Shown piece by piece: positions 1-9,288 of a DNA stretch of 64,000 nt (position 1 is its first letter; each line of letters starts with the position of its first letter). Location: contig JBKDUF010000011.1 of the NCBI GenBank assembly GCA_046339595.1, forward strand, positions 14,009 to 78,008, read 5' to 3'. The notes beneath the pieces were generated by a model. That model made no database searches, was not told the origin of the DNA, and worked only from the letters and a program-made list of their open reading frames with translations. The translations under genes were made by a program, and so were the position numbers. Source of the stretch: Betaproteobacteria bacterium. GTDB lineage: Bacteria > Pseudomonadota > Gammaproteobacteria > Burkholderiales > SG8-41.

Positions 1-576
1 GGTCGCCACCAGTGCCGGGCCGCCGCCCTTGAACGGCACATGCACCATGCTGATGCCGGCCAGCGACTTGAGCAGCTCGCCCGCGAGGTGCGATGAACTG
101 CCGACACCCGCCGACGGAAAGTTGAGCGTGCCCGGCTTCGCTTTCGCCAGCGCGATCAGGTCCTTGATCGACTTCACCGGCAGCGAAGGATGCGCGACGA
201 GAATGTTCGGCGTGATCGCCACCAGGCTCACCGGCGCGAAATCCTTCACCGGATCAAAGCCGAGTTTCCTGAACAGGCTGACATTGACCGCGTTCGGCGC
301 AACGTTGCCCATCAGCAGCGTGTAGCCGTCGGGAGCCGCGCGCGCGGCGAGTTCGGTGCCGATGTTGCCGGTGGCGCCGCCGCGGTTGTCGACCACCACC
401 TGCTGGCCCAGTGTCTGCGTCAGCTGCTCAGCCATCACGCGGCCGACCTGGTCGGTGCCGCCGCCCGGCGGATAGGCGACGATCATGCGGATTGGCCGCA
501 GCGGATAGCTCGCAGCCGCCTGCACGACACCAGCAAGCAACAGCAATGGGATCAGCAAGTATTTGATTTTATTCAT
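1..576 (-). CDS. Bug/TctC-family (tripartite tricarboxylate transporter) substrate-binding protein, N-terminal part only; C-terminus lies beyond the window edge
   Basis: Own minus-strand translation from ATG at 576-574: MNKIKYLLIPLLLLAGVVQAAASYPLRPIRMIVAYPPGGGTDQVGRVMAEQL...VVVDNRGGATGNIG. It has a signal peptide and the same motifs as the complete Bug paralogs in this window. It is absent from the ORF track because it runs off the edge. Confidence 0.8.
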   Translation of the reverse strand, partial: MNKIKYLLIPLLLLAGVVQAAASYPLRPIRMIVAYPPGGGTDQVGRVMAEQLTQTLGQQVVVDNRGGATGNIGTELAARAAPDGYTLLMGNVAPNAVNVSLFRKLGFDPVKDFAPVSLVAITPNILVAHPSLPVKSIKDLIALAKAKPGTLNFPSAGVGSSSHLAGELLKSLAGISMVHVPFKGGGPALVAT

Positions 577-579
577 TTT

Positions 580-1668
580 TTATTGAGCCAAAGGGAGGGT
601 CACGGAACGGCCGGTGGCCATCGAATGTTCGATTGCCAGCGTCACCTCCAGGTTGAGCCGCGCCTCGCGCGGTCTGGCCAGCGTGCAGGCCTTGCCCATT
701 GCCAGATGGTCGAGCCAGGCGCGGGTCTCGTTGGCGATCGGTCCCCAGAATTCGCCCAGCGCCCAGTCGCCGGGCGTGCCGCTTTGCAGGAACACCATGT
801 TGACGGTGTGGTCCGGCAGATAGACATGCGGAATGCCTTTCTCGGTGTACATCAGCTGGTCGGTGTGGTCGTCGTCGAGGATCATCACGCCGTCAGTGCC
901 GACCACTTCCACGCGCGCCGCGTGGCCCAGCGCCGGATATTTTTCAGGCAGCGCGTAGCTGATGCCGAGGTTGACCACCGCGCCGTCCTCATAGGTCAGG
1001 ATCGCGTAGCTGATGTCTTCCACCTCGGGATAACCGGCCGCCTTCAGCACGCCTTTCTGCCCGCGCGCATAGACCTCGGTGAGGCGGTGGCCCTCATGGA
1101 ACCAGTTCATCAGGTCCACGTAATAGGTCAGCGCATCCACCACCGGGGTCGCGTGCGGATTGCGCTGGAGCATGCCCAGCGCCTGTGAGCGTGAATTGAA
1201 CACCCGTGCCGCGGCGCCGGTCAGGCGGCCGATGCGGCCCTGCACGATCTGCTCCTTGGCGATCTGGTAACGCTCCTTGTAGCGGCGGCTGTAGCCGACG
1301 TGCACGGAGACGCCGGATTTTTCGATGGTGCGGATCACCTGGTCGGCGTCGGCCAGCGACAGCGCGATCGGCTTTTCCACCAGCACCGGCTTGCCGAGTT
1401 CCAGCGCCCTCAGGATCGGCGCCAGGTGCTCGCCTTCGCTGGTGGACACGATCACCGCGTTGACCTCGGGGTGGGCGATGATCGCGTCGTTGTCGGTGGA
1501 ATGTGCAGCAGCGCCGACCTTTTTCGCCAGCGCCTCGGCTTTTCTGCCGTCCTGGTCGGCGGTGGCGATGAAGCGCACCGCGGGATGTCCGGCCGCGAGC
1601 TGCGCGCGCAGGCCGCCAATGCGGCCCGAGCCGATGACGGCAAGGCCTATGCTTTTGCGTTCGATGAT
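580..1668 (-). CDS. Gfo/Idh/MocA family NAD(P)-dependent oxidoreductase (start codon apparently non-canonical)
   Basis: The ORF 580..1578 translation is typical of the family (EKPIALSLADAD motif). The Rossmann GxGxxG segment (IGLAVIGSGRIGG) lies in frame upstream of the first canonical start. GGAGGAG at 1672-1678 precedes ATC ATC at 1668-1663. Confidence 0.8.
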   Translation of the reverse strand: MIERKSIGLAVIGSGRIGGLRAQLAAGHPAVRFIATADQDGRKAEALAKKVGAAAHSTDNDAIIAHPEVNAVIVSTSEGEHLAPILRALELGKPVLVEKPIALSLADADQVIRTIEKSGVSVHVGYSRRYKERYQIAKEQIVQGRIGRLTGAAARVFNSRSQALGMLQRNPHATPVVDALTYYVDLMNWFHEGHRLTEVYARGQKGVLKAAGYPEVEDISYAILTYEDGAVVNLGISYALPEKYPALGHAARVEVVGTDGVMILDDDHTDQLMYTEKGIPHVYLPDHTVNMVFLQSGTPGDWALGEFWGPIANETRAWLDHLAMGKACTLARPREARLNLEVTLAIEHSMATGRSVTLPLAQ

Positions 1669-1802
1669 GTTCTCCTCCGGCGGCCCGCAGCGGCACCGCC
1701 CCTGCGATGATGGCGCATCATGGCGTTATTCTGTTCTTCACCGTTACGCGCGGATGCCCGAGTCTAGCGTCTGGTGGCGGCGTCAGACAAGGCGACGCCC
1801 GC

Positions 1803-3419
1803 TCAGTGGCGTGACGGCGGCGCGAGATCCACCGCCCGCGAGCGCAGGGCCTTGTCCTCGCGCAGCTGCGCCTTGGCGATCTTGTGCGTGGGGGTGTGCG
1901 GCAGCTCATCAACAAAGGCGACAAAGCGCGGCACTTTCTGCGGCGCCAGCCGCGCGCGGCACCAGTCGGCAATCTCCTGCGCGTTGACCGTGGCGCCCGG
2001 TTTGAGCGCGCAGACGACGAAGATTTCGTCCTCGCCCATCTCGGAGGGCACGGCGATGGTACCGGCTTCGGCCACGGCCGGGTGTTCGCCGACGACGCGG
2101 TCAAGCTCGGCGGCAGCGATGTTCTCGCCGCGGCGGCGGATGATGTCGCGAATGCGCGAGATGAAATAGAAATAGCCGTCGCTGTCGCGCTTGACCAGGT
2201 CGCCGGTCTTGAACCAGCCGTCGTGGAAGGCGTTTTTCGTCTGCTCCGGGTCGCGGAAGTAGCCCTGCATGATGATCGGCGTCTTCACCCACAGCTCGCC
2301 GGGCTCGCCGTCGGGCAGGTCGCAGCCCTTGTCATCAACCACGCGGCACTGCGCCCAGGGCCTCGCGGGATCCGGATGGCGACCGATCGGGCCCATGCTG
2401 CCGAGCTTCTGCGGGCCCTCATTTTCCACATCAAAGGGATTGCAGGTCACACCGGGGATTTCGGTCATGCCGTAGCCGCCGATGCGGTGCGGAATCCTGA
2501 ATTCATCCTTGAAGGTTGCGTCCATGCTGGCGCGCACGCCGTAGACCTTGCTGATCCTGTGCTCGGGCCGGAACTCGCTGCGCGGCCGCGCGCGCAGGAT
2601 GCTGCCGATCGCCTCGATGATGTTGACCTCGGTGGCGCCGGTCTCCACCGCGGTCTGCCAGAAGGTGGAGGCGGAGAATTTCGGCACGATGATCATGCTC
2701 GCACCCGCGGCCAGTGTGCCGGCCACGGAATAGAACATCGCGTTGATGTGGAACATCGGCAGCACCACCATCACGCGGTCGTCATCCTGCAGGTACATGC
2801 GCTGCACGAAGGCCTCGCCGCCCGTGACGAAGCTCCTCTGGCTGTGCATTGCGCCTTTCGGGAATCCGGTGGTGCCCGAGGTGTAGACGATCAGGCAGGT
2901 GGCGCCGGCATCGACGGTGGCGGGCAAAGCCGCCGCCGGCGCGGCCTGGATCAGTGCATCGAGCAGCGGCGCATCCGTGGCGGCGGCATCGAGCGAGACA
3001 AACCAAGCCGGCGTCTTCAGGCCGGCCGCAGCCTTGCGCGCGACCTCGAGCGTATCGGTGGTCGCGGCCACCGCGCTCACCTCGGCGTGGTGCAGCACAT
3101 ACTTCGCCTCCTCGACGCCGAACTCGGGATTGACCGGCACCATGATCGCGCCCAGCCGCGCCAGGGCAAACAGCATCACCACATGGCCGTCGCAGTTGCG
3201 CGCCATCACGCCGACACGGTCGCCCTGGCCGATGCCGCGCGCGGCCAGCACCTTGGCCGCGGCCTCGGCCTTCAGCGCGAATTCACCCCAGGACCACTGC
3301 CGGTCGCCGCAACGCATGAAGACGCGCGCCGGGTCGCGGGCGGCACGGCTCGCGAGCACGCCGTTCAGGGTGTAGTCGTGTTCAGCATACAGACGCAGGA
3401 CTTCAAGCGGTTTTTTCAT
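1803..3419 (-). CDS. AMP-dependent acyl-CoA synthetase/ligase (ANL superfamily)
   Basis: Carries the YTSGTTGFPKGA AMP-binding motif, GYGMTE, and the C-terminal PRFVAFVDELPHTPTHKIAK. Start chosen at MKKPLEVLRLYAE (3419); the ORF-track start at 3455 is also possible. Confidence 0.85.
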   Translation of the reverse strand: MKKPLEVLRLYAEHDYTLNGVLASRAARDPARVFMRCGDRQWSWGEFALKAEAAAKVLAARGIGQGDRVGVMARNCDGHVVMLFALARLGAIMVPVNPEFGVEEAKYVLHHAEVSAVAATTDTLEVARKAAAGLKTPAWFVSLDAAATDAPLLDALIQAAPAAALPATVDAGATCLIVYTSGTTGFPKGAMHSQRSFVTGGEAFVQRMYLQDDDRVMVVLPMFHINAMFYSVAGTLAAGASMIIVPKFSASTFWQTAVETGATEVNIIEAIGSILRARPRSEFRPEHRISKVYGVRASMDATFKDEFRIPHRIGGYGMTEIPGVTCNPFDVENEGPQKLGSMGPIGRHPDPARPWAQCRVVDDKGCDLPDGEPGELWVKTPIIMQGYFRDPEQTKNAFHDGWFKTGDLVKRDSDGYFYFISRIRDIIRRRGENIAAAELDRVVGEHPAVAEAGTIAVPSEMGEDEIFVVCALKPGATVNAQEIADWCRARLAPQKVPRFVAFVDELPHTPTHKIAKAQLREDKALRSRAVDLAPPSRH

Positions 3420-3496
3420 GTTGTGCGCAGGAGAGTTGAGCGCGGATTCTGGCATACAATCGGCACGATCTTTTCCGCAAAGTCCACATCACAGCC

Positions 3497-4417
3497 ATGA
3501 GCTTCTTCGCCCCGCCCGAACGTTTCACCGCCGACGTTTTCACCGAACTGCCGAAACAATTCCGCCGCACCCGGGTGTCGGCCGAGCGCCTCGCCGGCGG
3601 CCGCCCCGCGCCGCTCGGCGGCTGCTTTCTCGAAGGCCCGTCCTTCGACCGCAAGGGCAACCTCTACGTCACCGACATTCCCTTCGGCCGCATTTTCCGC
3701 ATCTCGCCGAAAGGCAGCTGGGACCTGGTGGTTGAATACGACGGCGAGCCCAACGGCCTGAAGATCCACAAGGACGGCCGCATCTTCGTCACCGATCACA
3801 AGCGCGGCCTGATGCTGCTGGATGCCAGGCGCGGCCGCATCGAATGCCTCGTTTCGCGCTACCACCTGGAAACCTTCAAGGGCCTGAACGACCTGGTGTT
3901 CGCGTCCAACGGCGACCTCTATTTCACCGACCAGGGCCAGAGCGGGCTGCAGAATCCGAGCGGTGCCGTCTACCGGCTGCGCGCGAGCGGCAAACTGGAA
4001 CGCATCGCCGACAACATCCCCAGCCCCAACGGCCTGGTGCTCAATGCGGCGGAAAACACCCTGTTTGTCGCGGTGACCCGCGCCAACGCGGTGTGGCGGC
4101 TGCCGCTGCTGCCCGACGGCACGGTATCGCGCATGGGCGTGTTCATCCAGATGAGTGGCGGACGCGGGCCGGACGGCATGGCAATCGACGAGGACGACGG
4201 CCTGGTGGTTGCCCACCCGGACATGGGCGCGGTGTGGGTGTTCAACCACCGCGGCGAACCGCTGTACCGCATCGACTCGCCGGGTTCGGACGTGGTCACC
4301 AACTGCGCCTTCGGCGTGAAGGACCCGCACATGCTGTGCATCGTCGATTCCGAGGGGGGCGCGATCCTCAGTGCGGAACTGCCGACGCCGGGGCGGAAGA
4401 TGTACGGGCTGTCCTGA
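3497..4417 (+). CDS. SMP-30/gluconolactonase/LRE family protein
   Basis: 306-aa ORF with beta-propeller lactonase-like repeats (GPSFDRKGNLYVTD, PNGLKIHKDGRIFVTD, SPNGLVLN, GPDGMAIDEDDG). Confidence 0.85.
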   Translation: MSFFAPPERFTADVFTELPKQFRRTRVSAERLAGGRPAPLGGCFLEGPSFDRKGNLYVTDIPFGRIFRISPKGSWDLVVEYDGEPNGLKIHKDGRIFVTDHKRGLMLLDARRGRIECLVSRYHLETFKGLNDLVFASNGDLYFTDQGQSGLQNPSGAVYRLRASGKLERIADNIPSPNGLVLNAAENTLFVAVTRANAVWRLPLLPDGTVSRMGVFIQMSGGRGPDGMAIDEDDGLVVAHPDMGAVWVFNHRGEPLYRIDSPGSDVVTNCAFGVKDPHMLCIVDSEGGAILSAELPTPGRKMYGLS

Positions 4418-4424
4418 CTGGGCC

Positions 4425-4510
4425 GTCAATCCGGCGCAAGCCGGAATCCAGAAATCACTGTCGTCATTCAAGAATCAGCACTGAATACCGGTGCATGCCG
4501 GTATGACGAT
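4425..4510. repeat. REP-like intergenic element with two hairpin units; its antisense translation gives the 'IPACAG' peptide typical of spurious ORFs
   Basis: Hairpins ccggc-gcaa-gccgg (about 4431-4444) and ataccgg-tgcatg-ccggtat (4485-4504). The minus-strand reading gives FWIPACAGLT and VIPACTGI. Confidence 0.5.
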
Positions 4511-4518
4511 GCTGGCAT

Positions 4519-4992
4519 TTAATCCCGCAACTCAAACTCGCCGTTGATCTCCACCGCCTGCCCGCGCGGCAGGCCGGCCATGCCGACGGCCGAGCGCGCA
4601 TGGCAGCCGGCCTCGGGCCCGAACAGCTGGTAGAAGAGATCCGATGCACCATCGATCACCTTCGGGTGATCCGGAAAATCCGGCGTGCTGTTGACCATGC
4701 CGAAGAGGCGCACCACACGCTTCACGCGGTCGAGGTCGCCGGCCGCCGCCTTCACCGTGGCGAGGATCGCCAGGGCTGAAGCCTGCGCCGCCTTGTAGCC
4801 CTCTTCCACCGTCATGTCCTGACCGAGCTTGCCGTGTTCCTTGATTTGCATGCCCGGATGGTGCGGGCCGTGGCCCGACACGAACAGCAGGTTGCCGACA
4901 CGCACGCAGCCGCAGCGGTTGGGGTTCGGAAATTTTCGCGGTTGCGGCAGCGTGAAACCCATCGCCGCCAGCCTCGACTCAATCGCGCCCAT
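4519..4992 (-). CDS. RidA/YjgF family protein
   Basis: 157-aa ORF with a family-like core (LLFVSGHGP...GKLGQDMTVEEGYKAAQ...LPRGQAVEINGEFEL). Confidence 0.8.
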   Translation of the reverse strand: MGAIESRLAAMGFTLPQPRKFPNPNRCGCVRVGNLLFVSGHGPHHPGMQIKEHGKLGQDMTVEEGYKAAQASALAILATVKAAAGDLDRVKRVVRLFGMVNSTPDFPDHPKVIDGASDLFYQLFGPEAGCHARSAVGMAGLPRGQAVEINGEFELRD

Positions 4993-6431
4993 CAGCGCAC
5001 CAGCAGGCCGACAAACTCGTCGACCGCCATCGCTTCGAGTTTTTTCTGGTCGGTGCAGGCGGCGACAATCGCGGCCTTCTGCTTGGCGGCGAAGACCATC
5101 GCGGTGTTCTCGTTGAACTTCTTCATCACCGCCGGAATGCCTTCCTTGCGGCGCTTGCGGTGGCCCAGCGGGTAATTGACCTCGACCAGCGGCGTCTTGC
5201 TGCCGTCCTTGAAAAAGACCTGGATCGAGTTGGCGTTGGTGCGCTTGGCCGGGTCGTGGTACTCGCGCTCGTAGCGCTCGTATTCGGTGAGGCGGATTTT
5301 CGCGCGCAGCCTGTCGATGCGCGGATCGGCGGCGATCTCGTCCTCGTAATGCTTGGCGGTCATGTCGCCGAAGATCAGGCCGATCGCCATCATGTACTGC
5401 ATGCAGTGGTCGCGGTCGGCGAAGTTGGCGAGCGGCCCGGTCTTGTCGAGAATCACCATGGTTGAATTGTGGGCGCGGGCCTCGATGTGGCTGACCTCGT
5501 CGAGCCGGTCCTTGACCAGCGGATGCAACTGGATCGCGGCCTCGACGCCGGTCTGGCCGTGGAAGGCGGTCGGATAGGGAATCTTGAACAGCGTGTTCTC
5601 GATGACATAGCTGCCCAGCGGGCGCTGGAACTTGAAGGGCCGGCCCTTGAACAGCACATCATAAAAGCCCCACTTCGGCGCGGTCAGCGCCGAGGGGTAG
5701 CCCATCTCGCCCTTTTTCGCGAGCAGCGACAGCCATACCGCGCGTGCCGAGGCATCGCCCGCGGCCCAGGACTTGCGCGCGCCGGTGTTGGGCTTGCGGC
5801 GGTAGGTCGCCAGCGCATGGCCATCAACCCAGGCATTGGACAGCGCATTGACGGTCTCTTCCAGCGTGCAGCCGATCAGCGAGGAAATGGCGGCGGTGCT
5901 GGCGATCTTGACCAGGATGGTGTGGTCGAGGCCGGCGGAGGTGAAGCCGTTCTCCAGCGCGAGGCCGCCCTGCACTTCATAGGCCTTGATGATCGCCGTG
6001 AGCACCTCACGCATGGTCAGCGGCTTCTGGCCCGCGGCACGGCGGGTGCGCGACAGCCAGTCGGCGGTCATCAGGATCGCGCCGATGTTGTCGGAGGGAT
6101 GGATCACCGTGCGGCCGTAGAAGGCATCGTTGAAATCCAGCCAGCGGATCAGCGCGCCGGCGTTGAAGGCCGCGGTCACCGGATCGAGCACGTAAGGGGT
6201 GCCGGGCACACGCGCGCCATTGGGCACGATGGTGCCGGGCACCACGGGCCCGAGCAGTTTGGTGCAGTCGGGGTAGCCCAGCGCCTCGAAGGCACAGGCC
6301 AGGCTGTCGATCAGCGTCAGCCGCGCCGTTTCGTAGGCGAGCTTGCTCGCCGGCTTGTAGCCGTGCGCATACTTCGCCAGGTCGGTGATGACCCTGTCCG
6401 GTTGCGGGCGTTTGTTGTCGACAGCGGTCAT
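4992..6431 (-). CDS. MmgE/PrpD family protein (2-methylcitrate dehydratase-like)
   Basis: Long ORF with PrpD-like sequence throughout (DSLACAFEALGYPDC, HPSDNIGAIL, AYEVQGGLALEN). Start set at MTAVDNKRP (6431), which follows AAGGAG. There is a 1-nt overlap with the downstream RidA gene. Confidence 0.85.
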   Translation of the reverse strand: MTAVDNKRPQPDRVITDLAKYAHGYKPASKLAYETARLTLIDSLACAFEALGYPDCTKLLGPVVPGTIVPNGARVPGTPYVLDPVTAAFNAGALIRWLDFNDAFYGRTVIHPSDNIGAILMTADWLSRTRRAAGQKPLTMREVLTAIIKAYEVQGGLALENGFTSAGLDHTILVKIASTAAISSLIGCTLEETVNALSNAWVDGHALATYRRKPNTGARKSWAAGDASARAVWLSLLAKKGEMGYPSALTAPKWGFYDVLFKGRPFKFQRPLGSYVIENTLFKIPYPTAFHGQTGVEAAIQLHPLVKDRLDEVSHIEARAHNSTMVILDKTGPLANFADRDHCMQYMMAIGLIFGDMTAKHYEDEIAADPRIDRLRAKIRLTEYERYEREYHDPAKRTNANSIQVFFKDGSKTPLVEVNYPLGHRKRRKEGIPAVMKKFNENTAMVFAAKQKAAIVAACTDQKKLEAMAVDEFVGLLVR

Positions 6432-6460
6432 TCCATAACTCCTTGATTTATTTGCTAATT

Positions 6461-7429
6461 TCATTCGGGCTTGATGCCGGCCGACTTGACCAGCCTGCCC
6501 CACTTCGCGGCCTCGGATTTGAGGTACTGCGCAAACTCCGCCGGCGTGTCACCCACCGGCTCCAGGCCCGCCTTCATCATGCGCTCGGCGATGGCCGGCT
6601 CCTGTAGCGTGGCGACAATCTCCTGGTGCAGGCGCTCGATTGCCGCGCGCGGCGTGCCGGCCGGCGCGACGACGCCGTTCCAGTTGTTCGCCTCATAACC
6701 CTTGACGCCGGCTTCGGCGATGGTCGGCATTTCCGGAAACAGCGGCGAGCGTTTCGCCTTGCCGACACCGAGGCCGCGCAGCTTGCCGGCGCGGATATGC
6801 GGCTGCGCGGTGGTCAGGTTGGCCATCATCAGGTTGAGCCGGCCGGCGACGAGGTCGGCCACCGCCGGGGCGCCGCCCTTGTACGGCACATGGATCGCCT
6901 GCACACCGGCCATGCTCTCGAACAGCGCCATCGCAAGATGGCCCGCGCCACCGATGCCGCTGGAGCCGTAGGTGTATTTGCCGGGCGCGGCCTTGAGCAG
7001 CGTCACCAGTTCCGCCACCGTGTTCGCCGGCATCGAAGGATGCACCGCCAGCAGGTTGGTCGAACCGGCGACGTTGCCCACCGCGGCAAAATCCCGCTCG
7101 AGCACGTACGACACCTTCGGATACAGCGCGGGATTCACCGCCAGCGGCGGCGTGGCCATCAGCAGGGTGTAGCCGTCGGGAGTGGCACGCTGCACGATCT
7201 CGGTGCCGATCAGCGTCCCGCCGCCGGTGCGGTTGTCGATGACCACCTGCTGGCCGAGGCGCTCGGACAGCCGCGCGCCGGTGATGCGCGCCACGGTATC
7301 AGTGGAGCCGCCGGCTGAATACGGCACGACGAGGCGGATCGGGCGCTGCGGATAGGCGGTCTGGGCGGCAGCCTGCACTGTGGCGGCCAGACCCAGCACG
7401 AGAACGGCGGAAAAACACAAGGGCTTCAT
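6461..7429 (-). CDS. Bug/TctC-family substrate-binding protein
   Basis: MKPLCFSAVLVLGLAATVQAAAQTAYPQRPIRLVVPYSAGGSTD...VIDNRTGGG...YTYGSSGIGGAGHL. The upstream part of the 422-aa track ORF looks like a non-coding extension. Confidence 0.9.
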   Translation of the reverse strand: MKPLCFSAVLVLGLAATVQAAAQTAYPQRPIRLVVPYSAGGSTDTVARITGARLSERLGQQVVIDNRTGGGTLIGTEIVQRATPDGYTLLMATPPLAVNPALYPKVSYVLERDFAAVGNVAGSTNLLAVHPSMPANTVAELVTLLKAAPGKYTYGSSGIGGAGHLAMALFESMAGVQAIHVPYKGGAPAVADLVAGRLNLMMANLTTAQPHIRAGKLRGLGVGKAKRSPLFPEMPTIAEAGVKGYEANNWNGVVAPAGTPRAAIERLHQEIVATLQEPAIAERMMKAGLEPVGDTPAEFAQYLKSEAAKWGRLVKSAGIKPE

Positions 7430-7500
7430 GCAGCGACTCCTTTCGGAAACGGGGGGCTCCTCAGGGAATCCGTCCTTGTTATGGTCATGGCAGTAGCTGT

Positions 7501-8130
7501 TCAATCGCCGCCGGGCGCCGCATCCAGCGGGATGCGCGGCAACTCGAAGCGGTCGGTGGTGCGGCAGTAGCCGCCCTTGCCGGCCAGGCGGCCGATGGGA
7601 TTGATCGCGCCGACATCGACATGGAAACGCTCGTTGACGATGCCGTCGTGGTAATGGAAATACACCACCTCGCCGAACACCACGTGATAGGGCTTGCGCC
7701 CCATTTCGACGATCTGCATCAGCCGGCATTCCATCGCCACCGGCGCCTCGGCGATGCGTGGCACACGCACCTTGCGCGAGGGCAGCGTGGTGAATCCGGC
7801 GCGCCTGAGCTCATCCACGCCATACGGGTAATCCACGGCGCAGACGTTCATCTGGTCCTTGATCGCGTCGCTGACGATGTGCACCACGAACTCCGGCGTC
7901 TCGCGGATGTTGCGCACGGTGTCCTTGTCGCGGCCAGAGCGGTCGCCGACCGAGAACATGAGCATCGCCGGGTCGGAACCCACGGCATTGAAAAAGCTGA
8001 ACGGGGCTGCATTGGGGCCGTCCCGGCCTACGGTGGTGACCAGCGCGATCGGCCGCGGCGTCACCGTGCCCACCATCAGCTTGTACTGGTCCTGCCAGGA
8101 AATCTGCGCGGCATCGAGTTCGGTCATCAT
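7501..8130 (-). CDS. Flavin reductase family protein (FMN-binding split barrel)
   Basis: MMTELDAAQISWQDQYKLMVGTVTPRPIALVTTVGRDGPNAAPFSFFNAV is the typical flavin reductase-like domain signature. Confidence 0.8.
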   Translation of the reverse strand: MMTELDAAQISWQDQYKLMVGTVTPRPIALVTTVGRDGPNAAPFSFFNAVGSDPAMLMFSVGDRSGRDKDTVRNIRETPEFVVHIVSDAIKDQMNVCAVDYPYGVDELRRAGFTTLPSRKVRVPRIAEAPVAMECRLMQIVEMGRKPYHVVFGEVVYFHYHDGIVNERFHVDVGAINPIGRLAGKGGYCRTTDRFELPRIPLDAAPGGD

Positions 8131-8221
8131 TTTGGCCCCGGGGTATGAGCGGCCGATTCTAGCAGCGCGGTCGGTGGCGGCGGGCGGTGCTTCCACATGC
8201 TGCGCGGCGCCGGTGATGCCC

Positions 8222-8253
8222 AAAAAAACGCCCGCGACGGGCGCGGGCGTTTC
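8222..8253 (-). terminator. Rho-independent terminator downstream of the Bug gene 8278..9249
   Basis: Perfect 9-bp GC-rich stem (acgcccgcg 8228-8236 / cgcgggcgt 8242-8250) with a 5-nt loop. On the minus strand it is followed by a run of seven T (A7 at 8222-8228 on plus). Confidence 0.65.
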
Positions 8254-8277
8254 GGCTTGCTCGGAGACGCTGCGGGA

Positions 8278-9249
8278 TCAGTCGGCCACCACGTTCGCAG
8301 CCCGGATCACCTTGGCGTATTTCTCGGTCTCACGCTTGAAGTAGGCCGCGAGTTCCTCGGGCGTGCTGCCCACCGGCTCACCGCCCTCCTTGCGGATGAA
8401 GTCGTTCACTTCGGGCGCCTTGAGCGCCTTCAGGATCTCGCTGTTGAGGCGTGCGACGATATCCTTCGAGGTGCCGCGCGGGAAGAACATGGCATACCAG
8501 TTGTCAGCCTCGAAGCCGGGAAACATCGAGTTCATGGTTGGCAGATCCGGGAAGGTCGAGGAGCGCTTGGCGGTGGTCACCGCGAGGGCACGGGCCTTGC
8601 CCGACTTGATGAAGGGTTGCGCGGCCAGCGCGGTGGCGAAGGAAAAGTCCGACTCGCCGCTGATCTGCGCCACCATCGCCGGGCCGCCACCCTTGTACGG
8701 CACCGGGGTGACCTTGGCGCCGCCGAAGAGCTTGAACATCTCGATCGACAGGTGGCTGGTGGTGCCGGAGCCGTTGTGGGCGCCGATCAGGTTGGAGTTG
8801 GGGCGCTTGGCGAGGGCCACGAATTCCTTGAGGGTTTTCACCGGCACGCTGGGATGCACCACCAGCACCAGCGGCACCGAAGACACCCAGCTCACCGGCT
8901 CAAGGTCGGCAAGGGGATTGAATTTGAGGCGCTTCGCGAACAGTTCGACATTGACGGCGAGGGAAGCCGTGGTGAAGAGGATGTTGTAGCCGTCGGTCGG
9001 GGCCCGTGCAACGAACTCGGCGCCGATCAGGCCGGAGGCGCCGGCCCGGTTCTCGACCAGGAAGTTCTGGCCCATGTTCTGCTGGAATTTCTGCGCAAGC
9101 AGACGGCCCTGGATATCGGTGCCGCCGCCGGCGCCGAAGGGGACGATGATGCGCACCGGTTTCACCGGCCATGCCTGGGCCAGCACCGGGCCGGCGATCA
9201 GCGCCAGCGCCGCGGCGCCGGCGGTCAATCCTTGCTTGAGCAGTTTCAT
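8278..9249 (-). CDS. Bug/TctC-family substrate-binding protein
   Basis: MKLLKQGLTAGAAALALIAGPVLAQAWPVKPVRIIVPFGAGGGTD...LVENRAGASG...GAHNGSGTTSHL. Confidence 0.9.
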   Translation of the reverse strand: MKLLKQGLTAGAAALALIAGPVLAQAWPVKPVRIIVPFGAGGGTDIQGRLLAQKFQQNMGQNFLVENRAGASGLIGAEFVARAPTDGYNILFTTASLAVNVELFAKRLKFNPLADLEPVSWVSSVPLVLVVHPSVPVKTLKEFVALAKRPNSNLIGAHNGSGTTSHLSIEMFKLFGGAKVTPVPYKGGGPAMVAQISGESDFSFATALAAQPFIKSGKARALAVTTAKRSSTFPDLPTMNSMFPGFEADNWYAMFFPRGTSKDIVARLNSEILKALKAPEVNDFIRKEGGEPVGSTPEELAAYFKRETEKYAKVIRAANVVAD

Positions 9250-9288
9250 CGGTTTCTCCTCGTTTGTTTTAGATAGTCGCGGACAATA

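Noticed and set aside
3416-4471. 351-aa minus-strand ORF
   Set aside because: It is opposite the SMP-30 lactonase gene. Its N-terminus (FWIPACAGLT) is simply the translation of the REP hairpin at 4425-4510.
6461-7729. Long N-terminal extensions in the ORF track (for example the 422-aa Bug ORF, the 732-aa dxs ORF 49117..51315, the 374-aa SDR ORF and the 421-aa argF ORF)
   Set aside because: The extensions are Arg/Pro-rich and overlap neighbouring genes. They also precede an internal Met that carries the family-typical N-terminus, signal peptide or RBS. The shorter coordinates were used.
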